Assembly: GCA_041611735.1 (NCBI GenBank)
Contig: JBFIML010000022.1
Location: forward strand, 1-64,000
Reading direction: 5' to 3'
Source of the DNA: Myxococcota bacterium
GTDB lineage: Bacteria > Myxococcota_A > UBA9160 > PR03
Length of the DNA stretch: 64,000 bases
Shown here: one piece after another, positions 1-7,399 of the stretch
Layout of the letters: each line of letters begins with the position of its first letter
Position numbering within the stretch: position 1 is the stretch's first letter
Translations under genes and position numbers: made by a program
Notes under the pieces: generated by a model
Databases searched by the model: none
What the model saw: the letters and a program-made list of their open reading frames with translations, nothing else
Told to the model about the DNA's origin: nothing

Positions 1-1
1 C

Positions 2-259
2 TGGCGAGCCGCGTTCGCCTGGGTGGCCAGCGCGCTGCTGGCCGGCGCGCCACGCATGGCCTCGGCCTGCTCCGTCTGCACGCCGGGACGCGACGACGAG
101 ACGCGGGTGGCCTTCCAGGTGACCACCCTCTTCCTGACCGTCCTGCCGCTCGGCCTGATCGGGGGAGTCGTGTGGTGGCTGGTGCGGCGCGCCCGCTCCA
201 TCGAGCAGGCCCGTGCCGAGGCGTCCGCCGGCCCCGGGTCGCTCCCGGGGAGGCCGTAG
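2..259 (+). CDS. Small exported/membrane protein with CxxC at the predicted mature N-terminus (probably 5'-partial)
   Basis: Frame is open from the window edge. Signal-like segment ending ASA, then CSVC, then one TM helix (TTLFLTVLPLGLIGGVVWWLV). Lies upstream of heme o synthase. Confidence 0.6.
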   Translation, partial: WRAAFAWVASALLAGAPRMASACSVCTPGRDDETRVAFQVTTLFLTVLPLGLIGGVVWWLVRRARSIEQARAEASAGPGSLPGRP

Positions 260-280
260 CGAGGCCCGGGCTGGCGCATC

Positions 281-634
281 ATGCCCGAGTCACGAGACCC
301 CCCCGAGCCGACGCCCCGGGCCAAGCACGCCCCCCCGGAGGCGGGCCTCGATCGCTGGATCGACCCCTTCTTCTCGGACTCCATGCTGTGGCCCGTGCTG
401 ATCGTCCTGGTGACGGCCTTCGCCATCTTCGGAGCGGCGGTCCTGCTGCTCGCCGTGCGCACCCGCAGCTTCTTCGCCATCGCAGCCCTGCTCGTGCTGG
501 TGGTGGCTAGCGCCGAGGCGCTCCGCTCGGACCTGCATCGCCGCCGCGTCGGCCGCGCCGGGGGCCTGATCCTGGTGCTCTGGACCGTTTCCGCTCTGCT
601 CGCCCTGGCCGCGGCGCGCTTCGGGATGCTCTGA
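281..634 (+). CDS. Hypothetical membrane protein (about 3 TM)
   Basis: 117 aa with long hydrophobic stretches; co-oriented with its neighbours. Confidence 0.65.
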   Translation: MPESRDPPEPTPRAKHAPPEAGLDRWIDPFFSDSMLWPVLIVLVTAFAIFGAAVLLLAVRTRSFFAIAALLVLVVASAEALRSDLHRRRVGRAGGLILVLWTVSALLALAAARFGML

Positions 635-689
635 CCGTGTACTTCCCCTCGACCGCCCGGGCCGGGTTTGGTACCCGTCCGGCGCAACC

Positions 690-1565
690 ATGACGGCCGT
701 CGCCCTCCACAAGGCCCGCTCCTACCTGGCGCTGACCAAGCCCGGGATCGTGCTGTTCGTGATCCTGACCGGGCTGCCGGCGCTCCTGATGGCGGCCGGC
801 GGCTGGCCGGGTACGCCGTTCGCGCTCGCCACCCTGCTCGGCATCGCGCTAGCCGCCGCCGCCGCGAACACTTTGAACTGCTACGTCGAGCGCGACCTCG
901 ATGCGCTCATGCAGCGCACCCGCCGGCGCCCCCTGCCGTCCCGGCGGCTCGCGCCCCGGGCGGCGCTCGCCTTCGGCTGCGTGCTCTCGGTCGTGGCCAC
1001 GGGGGTCCTGTACGTCGTCGGGGGAGAGCTGGCCGCGCTGCTCGGCGTGGCGAGCATCCTGTTCTACGTCTTCGTCTACACGCTGTGGCTCAAGCCGCGC
1101 ACGCCGCTCAACGCCGTGATCGGCGGCGCCGCGGGCGCGGCGGCGCCTCTCATCGCCGACGCTGCGGTGAACGGACGGGTCGGCCTGGCGGGGCTCCTGC
1201 TCTTCGCCATCATCTTCTTCTGGCAGCCGCCCCACGTCTGGGCCATCGCGCTGTTCCGCAAGGACGACTACGAGCGCGCCCGCATCCCGATGCTTCCCAG
1301 TGTGATCGGTGACCAGCCCACCCGCTGGCGCATGCTCTGGTACACGCTGGGTCTCGTGCCCGTGAGCCTGGCGCCCGCCGTGCTGGGACTGCTCGGCCCG
1401 CTCTACGGGGTCGTGGCCCTGGCCCTGAACGCCTGGTTCGTGTGGCACGCGGTCCGGGTGCTCCGCGAGCGCACCGACAGGGCGGCCCGCCGCATGTTCG
1501 GGGTGTCCCTGCTCTACCTGCTGGGCCTGTTCCTGGCCATGCCCGTCGACCTGGCGCTGCGCTAG
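690..1565 (+). CDS. cyoE: Protoheme IX farnesyltransferase (heme o synthase)
   Basis: LTKP, NCYVERDLDALMQRTRRRPLP, YTLWLK, WQPPH, DYERARIPMLP motifs. Confidence 0.95.
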   Translation: MTAVALHKARSYLALTKPGIVLFVILTGLPALLMAAGGWPGTPFALATLLGIALAAAAANTLNCYVERDLDALMQRTRRRPLPSRRLAPRAALAFGCVLSVVATGVLYVVGGELAALLGVASILFYVFVYTLWLKPRTPLNAVIGGAAGAAAPLIADAAVNGRVGLAGLLLFAIIFFWQPPHVWAIALFRKDDYERARIPMLPSVIGDQPTRWRMLWYTLGLVPVSLAPAVLGLLGPLYGVVALALNAWFVWHAVRVLRERTDRAARRMFGVSLLYLLGLFLAMPVDLALR

Positions 1566-1584
1566 GAGCCTGACCCAAGACTGG
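1562..1584 (+). repeat. Dispersed 23-nt repeat, copy 1 (CTAGGAGCCTGACCCAAGACTGG)
   Basis: 22/23 identical to the reverse complement of 31018-31040. Starts on the CTAG that contains the cyoE stop. Confidence 0.7.
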
Positions 1585-2056
1585 CGTGGGAAGGGCCGGG
1601 TGCCAGGCGCATCCACCAACGCCCTCCCTCGTTCCAATCACTGATCGGCCCCGCGACGAAGTGGCCGTCGGCGTCCTTCCGTCCGGAATGCTTCTGCTTC
1701 GTCCTGGCATCGAGCAGGACGACGTCAAAGTAGGCGATCGCAGCTCCGCGGCGTCGGAGTTCGAGAGCATGGCCCATCCTCCGGGGACGCTGGGGCCGCG
1801 CCCCCCCGCATCCCCCCCCTGGGCGCTGGCCCGCGCCCGCTTGCGGGGGCCGGGGCTGCTGCTACCGTCCTGCGGTCAGAAAGGCCCTTCCGATCGGGTG
1901 CGCAGCATTCCGGCATGACCCGCCAGTATCTGTATTCCATCGAGCAAGCCTTTCGTGTCAATCGCGACGAGGCTCCTGAATCCGGACAGTCCGGCGCAGG
2001 AGCCACGCCGCTGGTCGCGACCTCCCCAGCGGGGGCGGCGCGGCGAGGAATTCGAG

Positions 2057-2353
2057 TTGGGTAAGAAGTTGTACGTTGGCAATCTCCCTTTCACCACCAC
2101 GGAGGACGAGCTGCGCGAGCTCTTCGAGCGGCACGGCGGCGTCGCATCGGTGAACGTGATCACCGATCGCGAGACCGGTCGGCCACGCGGCTTCGCCTTC
2201 GTCGAAATGGAGGACGCAAACGCCGCGGAGACGGCGATGCGCGCCCTCGATGGGAGCGATCTGGGGGGCCGGAACCTGCGGGTGAACGAAGCCCAGGAGC
2301 GCCGCGGGGGAGGAGGCGGCGGCGGCGGCGGCTTCCGCCGCAACCGCTACTAG
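2057..2353 (+). CDS. RRM-domain RNA-binding protein with Gly/Arg-rich tail
   Basis: TTG start after GAGGAA. KLYVGNL (RNP2), RGFAFVEM (RNP1), poly-Gly C-terminus. Confidence 0.93.
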   Translation: MGKKLYVGNLPFTTTEDELRELFERHGGVASVNVITDRETGRPRGFAFVEMEDANAAETAMRALDGSDLGGRNLRVNEAQERRGGGGGGGGGFRRNRY

Positions 2354-2377
2354 CCGAGTCCGTCGACGCTCGTGATC

Positions 2378-2416
2378 GGGACGGGAGGGCTCGGGCCCTC
2401 CCGTCCCTTCTTCTTT
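2378..2416 (+). terminator. Intrinsic terminator
   Basis: 13-bp perfect stem GGGACGGGAGGGC-TCGG-GCCCTCCCGTCCC followed by TTCTTCTTT. Confidence 0.9.
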
Positions 2417-3414
2417 CAGCGGGAGTCTGCCCACGTCCGGGCCCGCGCCCGGGCCGTTGCGAGCCCGCGGCCGCGGCCGAAGCGGCGGTAGACGCTGCGG
2501 CAGACTGCATTCTGGTGCTGCCAGAGGGCCCGGTGCACGCCCGTGAGGCTCGGGATCCAGAAGCGCCCCGGGAGCTTCACCACCGGCTCCACGGCTCCAG
2601 GCTTGATCTCCGCTCTCACGATCCCTGCGCCCTCCGCGCCATGGCGACACGCCAGCACGTGGCCGCTCGCGTCCACGACCTGGGTCGCGCCCACGAAGCG
2701 CGTCTCGTACTCCACCCGCCAGTCGAGCCCCGGCAAGAGGTAGAAGTCGCCCCGTACGCGGCCCGAGTGGCTCGCCTGGAGCACCGGGACGCCCAAACAC
2801 CGCGCGAACTCCACGGGCGCCTGCTCCGACAGGTAGCGGTTGTACTGGCCGAGGGCACCGAGCCCGCGTCTCGCGAGCGGCCAGTTTGCGGGCAGGTCCC
2901 ACCAGTGGGTGCCGGTGACGGCCAGGCCGACGTGCCCCGCCAGGCGCCGCACGGTCCGCTCGCGGATCAGCTCCCAGCACACCGCCGCCCCGACGCCGCC
3001 CAGGCCGGTCTCGAACACCCCCGGGTCGTTTCCGCACGTGTAGAGCGCGTTCTCCCACATGGTGGGGAGATCCTTGTCGTGGGTGTGAACGCGGCCGTCG
3101 GGCTCCACGAAATGGTAGGTGTTGTAGACGTGGTCACCCCGGGCGACGAGCATCGAGCCGCCGATCCAGCCGCGGTGGCGCCGGGCCAGCTGCTGCAGCA
3201 TCTCGAGTGCCGGGTTCTCCGCCGGCAGCACGCAGTCCCAGGCGCGTGCGCTCGGGACGGCCGGGCCCGGGAAGAACTCGGGCAGCGCCACCAGACGCGC
3301 CCCGCCGGCGAAGGCCTCTTCGGCCAGGCGCTCTACGTGCTCCAGGTTTTCCGCCAGCCGTCCCGGATGGGTCTCGATCTGGACCGCGGCGACCGACAGC
3401 GATCCGGCTTCCAT
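2416..3414 (-). CDS. Carbon-nitrogen hydrolase (nitrilase superfamily)
   Basis: ALPEFF, YNT, HDK and VCWE motifs supply the Glu-Lys-Cys triad. Confidence 0.88.
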   Translation of the reverse strand: MEAGSLSVAAVQIETHPGRLAENLEHVERLAEEAFAGGARLVALPEFFPGPAVPSARAWDCVLPAENPALEMLQQLARRHRGWIGGSMLVARGDHVYNTYHFVEPDGRVHTHDKDLPTMWENALYTCGNDPGVFETGLGGVGAAVCWELIRERTVRRLAGHVGLAVTGTHWWDLPANWPLARRGLGALGQYNRYLSEQAPVEFARCLGVPVLQASHSGRVRGDFYLLPGLDWRVEYETRFVGATQVVDASGHVLACRHGAEGAGIVRAEIKPGAVEPVVKLPGRFWIPSLTGVHRALWQHQNAVCRSVYRRFGRGRGLATARARARTWADSR

Positions 3415-3423
3415 GCGGCGATT

Positions 3424-3735
3424 CTACACGGGTCCCCGGCCTTCGGGCGAAGTGCGCGCGCGGGCCAGCCACACGACGGTCGCTCCCCAGCCCCCCCGGC
3501 CAGGTGGTGCCTCCTCCACCCGCTCCACCCGCGGGTCGCCTTCCAGGAAGGCACGCACCCGCGCCCGCTGCACGCCGCGCCCGCGTCCGTGGATCAGGCG
3601 CACTTCCCGCAAGCCCGCCTCGCGGGCCGCGTCGAGGTAGGCGTCCACGGCGGCGAGGATCTCGGCGGGCCGGAAGGCGTGCAGATCGAAGGCGTCCTCG
3701 ATCGGGATGCGGAAGGGCTCGTCCTCGCGGCTCAT
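3424..3735 (-). CDS. Stand-alone Smr-domain protein
   Basis: FDLHAF, IHGRGRG and GGWGAT motifs; about 103 aa. Confidence 0.88.
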   Translation of the reverse strand: MSREDEPFRIPIEDAFDLHAFRPAEILAAVDAYLDAAREAGLREVRLIHGRGRGVQRARVRAFLEGDPRVERVEEAPPGRGGWGATVVWLARARTSPEGRGPV

Positions 3736-3828
3736 CCTGCGCATTGTCCCCGACACGGTGTCCCGGATACAATGGCTGCCGGAGTCGCTCCAGCCTCACG
3801 AATGTCACGACCTCAGGGAGGGTTCGTC

Positions 3829-4239
3829 ATGGCGGTACGCAAGGTCAGCTACGTCGACGTCAAGGTTCCCAACCGGCCCGGGCAGGCCGCGAAGATCCTC
3901 GGCTCCCTCGAGAGCGCGGGCGTGAACCTGCAGGCCTTCACCGCGTTCCCGGACCGGGGCGGCAAGTCCCAGGTCGATCTCGTGACCCGCGACCTGGCGG
4001 GCGTGCGCCGGGTGGCCAAGAAGGAAGGCTGGCGCGTGAGCCAGGCCAAGAAGGGCTTGCTGATCCAGGGCCCGGATCGCGTCGGTGCGGTGCACCGGCA
4101 GATGAAGAAGCTCGCCGCGGCGCGCGTCAACGTGACCGCCGCCGACGCAGTGGCCGCGGGCAAGGGTCAGTTCGGCATGATCCTGTGGGTGAAGCCCCGG
4201 GACTACGCGCGCGCAGCGCGCGCCCTGCGCGCCCGCTGA
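3829..4239 (+). CDS. ACT-domain-like protein
   Basis: GGAGG RBS. Two ACT-like repeats (VPNRPGQAAKIL..GVNL; GPDRVGAV..RVNV). Confidence 0.7.
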   Translation: MAVRKVSYVDVKVPNRPGQAAKILGSLESAGVNLQAFTAFPDRGGKSQVDLVTRDLAGVRRVAKKEGWRVSQAKKGLLIQGPDRVGAVHRQMKKLAAARVNVTAADAVAAGKGQFGMILWVKPRDYARAARALRAR

Positions 4240-4304
4240 CGCGAGCCAGCCTTGACTGCCTTGGACGCGGAGGATTCATCGCGGCCCTGGCAAGCCTCGG
4301 CTCC

Positions 4305-4313
4305 TGGTATCCT
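4305..4313 (+). promoter_or_regulatory. Extended -10 promoter (TGGTATCCT), probable leaderless start
   Basis: TG-n-TATCCT 7 nt before ATG 4321; no SD present. Confidence 0.5.
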
Positions 4314-4320
4314 GGCCGTC

Positions 4321-5763
4321 ATGCGTTCCGCCCTGCCGCCCGGCCTGGTGGTCTTCGTGAAGCGCGAGTGCCCGACCTGCCAGACCGTGGTGCCGGTGCT
4401 GGCCCAGCTCGCCCGCGCCACGGAGCTCACCGTCTTCACCCAGGACGACCCCGCCTTCCCGCCCGGCCTCGGCGCGCTGGACGACACCACGCTGGAGCGC
4501 TCCTGGCGTCACGGCATCGAGGCGGTGCCCACGCTGCTCCGCATCGGTCCCGACGGCCGCGAGGAGGCGCGGGTCCAGGGCTGGTCGCGGGAGGACTGGG
4601 AGAAGGCCACCGGCGTGGCGGGCCTCGGGACCGGCCTTCCGGCCTGGCGGCCTGGCTGTGGCTCGCGCAGCGTGGACCCGGACCTGGCCCCGGAGCTGGC
4701 GGCACGTTTCGGCGCCTCGCGCCTGGCCGCCCGGCGCGTCGAGCTGGCCTCCGCCGAGGACGATCACGAGGCCCTCTTCGCCCGCGGCTGGACCGACGGG
4801 CTGCCCGGGGTGCCGCCCAGCGAGCGCCGCGTGCTGACCATGCTCGAGGGCACCCGCCGCCGCCCGGACGAGATCGTGGCGGTGGTGCCCCCGGACCTCG
4901 TCCCCTGCACGGTGGAGAAGGTGGCCATCAACGCGGTCCTGGCCGGCTGCAAGCCCGAGTACCTGCCGGTGGTGCTGGCCGCCGTGGAGGCCGCCTGCAC
5001 CGAGACGTTCAACGCCCACGGGCTGCTGGCCACCACCATGCCCGCGAGCCCAGTGGTGGTGGTGAACGGTCCCATCCGCCGCGCCATCGGCATGAACTCG
5101 GGCCTGAACGTCTTCGGCCAGGGCAACCGCGCCAACGCGACCATCGGCCGCGCCCTCCAGCTCGTGATCCGCAACGTGGGCGGCGGCCGTCCCGGGGAGG
5201 TGGACCGCGCCACCCACGGGAACCCGGGCAAGCTCTCGTTCTGCTTTGCCGAGGACGAGGAGGGCTCGCCCTGGACCCCGCTCTCGGCGGACCTCGGCGC
5301 GGCCGCGGGCATCGACACGGTGACGCTCTTCGCCGGCGAAGGACCCCGCACCATCGTGGACCAGCTCTCGCGCGACCCGGAGTCCCTGGCCCGCAGCTTC
5401 GCGGCCTGCCTGCGCACGCTCCACCATCCCAAGCTCCCGCTCGTCTTCGACTGCCTGCTGGCGGTCGGGCCGGAGCACGCGCGCGTCTTCCATGACGCGG
5501 GCTGGGACAAGCTCCGCCTCACCGCGCGCCTGCACGAGCTGCTCCAGCTTCCGGGGCGCGAGATCGTGCGCGGCGCGGAGGGGATCGCCGAGGGCGTGCC
5601 CGAGAAGCTGGCGGGGGCAGTCCTCCCCAAGTTCCGGCCTGGTGGGCTCTTCCTCGTCCACTGCGGCGGCCGGGCGGGGCTCTTCAGTATGATGATCGGA
5701 GGCTGGGTCACGGGAGCCGGGGGGAGCCAGCCGGTCTTGCGGGAGATCGATCCATGGAAGTGA
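4321..5763 (+). CDS. Thioredoxin-like (CPTC) N-domain fused to a conserved domain of unknown function (UGSC-associated protein)
   Basis: FVKRECPTC, VPTL cis-Pro-like loop, RPGCGS; C-domain GWTDGLP, TVEKVAINAVLAGC, GNRANATIGRAL. Overlaps the next gene by 10 bp. Confidence 0.8.
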   Translation: MRSALPPGLVVFVKRECPTCQTVVPVLAQLARATELTVFTQDDPAFPPGLGALDDTTLERSWRHGIEAVPTLLRIGPDGREEARVQGWSREDWEKATGVAGLGTGLPAWRPGCGSRSVDPDLAPELAARFGASRLAARRVELASAEDDHEALFARGWTDGLPGVPPSERRVLTMLEGTRRRPDEIVAVVPPDLVPCTVEKVAINAVLAGCKPEYLPVVLAAVEAACTETFNAHGLLATTMPASPVVVVNGPIRRAIGMNSGLNVFGQGNRANATIGRALQLVIRNVGGGRPGEVDRATHGNPGKLSFCFAEDEEGSPWTPLSADLGAAAGIDTVTLFAGEGPRTIVDQLSRDPESLARSFAACLRTLHHPKLPLVFDCLLAVGPEHARVFHDAGWDKLRLTARLHELLQLPGREIVRGAEGIAEGVPEKLAGAVLPKFRPGGLFLVHCGGRAGLFSMMIGGWVTGAGGSQPVLREIDPWK

Positions 5764-6284
5764 GTGGACGCCGGGTGGTTCTCGATCCCACGGCGGAGCG
5801 CGCCCCGGCCGAGCGTCCGCGGCTTCCGCGGCCGCGCTCCCTCGAAGGCCTGACCGTGGGCCTGCTGGACATCTCGAAGCCCCGCGGCGACCGCTTCCTG
5901 GACCGCCTGGAGACGCTCCTGCGCCAGCGCGGGATCGAGACGCGCCGCTACGCCAAGCCGACCTTCACCAAGCCCGCACCGGTGGACCTGCGCCAGCGGA
6001 TCGCCACGGAGTGTGGCGCCGTGATCGAGGCGCTCGCCGACTGAGGCTCGTGCACGTCGTGCAGTGTGCACGACATCGTGGACCTGGAGGGACGGGGCGT
6101 TCCGGGCGTGTTCGTGGCCACGGTCGAGTTCGTGGACGGCGCCGCGGCCCAGGCCCGGGCCCTGGGCGCCGACCCGGCGGCGGTCTACGTGCCGCATCCC
6201 ATCCAGGACCGCACCGACGCGGAGATGGCAGCCATCGCCGACGCGGCCCTGGCGGAGGTCCTGCGCCGGCTCCAGGCCGACTGA
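5754..6284 (+). CDS. UGSC-family selenoprotein (UGA 6042-6044 read as Sec97; 176 aa)
   Basis: ORFs 5754-6044 and 6066-6284 are in the same frame. Read-through gives EALAD-U-GSCTSCSVHD. SECIS-like hairpin follows the UGA. Confidence 0.9.
6053..6080 (+). promoter_or_regulatory. Putative bacterial SECIS element
   Basis: Stem GTCGTGCA (6056-6063), loop GTG, stem TGCACGAC (6067-6074), beginning 11 nt after the UGA. Extendable by CAC/GTG across a 3-nt bulge. Confidence 0.75.
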
Positions 6285-6292
6285 CGCCCGCG

Positions 6293-7399
6293 CTACTCGC
6301 CCTCGGCGGGGCGCGTGGCCGCCAGCCGTAGCTCCGCCCGGGCCCGGCGGCGGGTGGCGGGGTCCGGGTGCCCGGTAGCGGCGGCCCGCAGGGCCGCGCG
6401 CGCCGCGTCGGTGCCCATTCCTCCCAGGCCCCGGATCGCTGCGTTGCGTAGCCGGGCGTCGTCCCGGCCCAGGGCCTCGACCAGAGCCGCAAGCGCCGAC
6501 GCGTGGCCGGGGGCGCCGAGGGCCACCGCCGCCTCCGCCGCCAGCCCGGGATCCTCGCCCCCCAGGATCGCCACCAGCTCCCCGGTCACCCCGGCGCTCG
6601 GATGGGCGCCCGCCGCGCGGATCGCCGCCACCCGCTCCGTCGGGGGGGCATCGCGCAGCAGGGCCACCCAGCGGGCCGGTCCGTCCACGAGGCCCCGCCG
6701 TTCGAGCTGCACCAGCAGCCCGGCCCGGATGCCCACGGGAAGGCGCGCGTCGGCCAGGAGCGGCTCGAGCTGGGGCAGGTCCACGGGCCGCAGCAGCGGG
6801 AGGTCGTCCGGCGCCAGGGCGAGATCCGTGAGCGCCGAGCTCGCCAGGCGCGCGTCTCCCGACGCGAGCAGGTCGTGCGTCGCGCGTCGCAAGGCCGCCG
6901 CCCGCTCCTCCGGCTCCGCCAGGGTGGGGAGGGTCAGATAGCGGCGTACCGCGCCGAACAGCTTCTCACGCGACGCCTCGCTCACGGCATACTTGGCGTC
7001 GTGCTCCTGGAGCGACACCCACTCGAGGTGCGCGGCCAGGCCCGTGTCGGCCAGCTCCCGGCTGCTGGCGAGCCGGCGCAGGAAGACCAGCACCTCCTCC
7101 CCCGCCGCGAACTCCGCCGTCCCGTGCCCGTGCTGGGCGAAGCGCACGCTCTGGCCCGGCTCGAAGCGGCCCTTCAGCACCGCGAGGATCCGGGCCCGCA
7201 CCACGGGTCGGCGCAGCGGCGGGTCGTCCACGACCAGCCAGCCCGAGGCGTCGGTGATGCGGGCGTGCACCACCCCGTCCGCCTCCGCCGCGAGCCAGCT
7301 CAGGGGGGCGGTGCCGGCGACCACGTGCGCCCGGCCGGAGACCGCCGCAGCGGCCACCCCCAGCGCCACCAGGGCGAGACGCCGGGGCCCGGGCCTCAG
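6293..7399 (-). CDS. Exported HEAT-repeat protein (start uncertain, possibly CTG)
   Basis: Signal-like RPGPRRLALVALGVAAAAVSGRA. C-terminal HEAT-like repeats (ERVAAIRAAG, AAEAAVALG, LRNAAIRGLG). Confidence 0.7.
   Translation of the reverse strand: MRPGPRRLALVALGVAAAAVSGRAHVVAGTAPLSWLAAEADGVVHARITDASGWLVVDDPPLRRPVVRARILAVLKGRFEPGQSVRFAQHGHGTAEFAAGEEVLVFLRRLASSRELADTGLAAHLEWVSLQEHDAKYAVSEASREKLFGAVRRYLTLPTLAEPEERAAALRRATHDLLASGDARLASSALTDLALAPDDLPLLRPVDLPQLEPLLADARLPVGIRAGLLVQLERRGLVDGPARWVALLRDAPPTERVAAIRAAGAHPSAGVTGELVAILGGEDPGLAAEAAVALGAPGHASALAALVEALGRDDARLRNAAIRGLGGMGTDAARAALRAAATGHPDPATRRRARAELRLAATRPAEGE

Noticed and set aside
1562-1777. 71-aa minus-strand ORF (and 1210-1770) in the cyoE-RRM gap
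   Set aside because: No recognisable motif and atypical codon usage; the longer one overlaps cyoE antisense. A small peptide cannot be fully excluded.
2305-2332. GGC/GGA tandem repeat
   Set aside because: Encodes the normal poly-Gly tail of an RRM protein.
6042-6044. TGA as a true stop giving two small genes or a nonsense pseudogene
   Set aside because: In-frame continuation into GSCTSC and a correctly placed SECIS-like stem favour Sec recoding.
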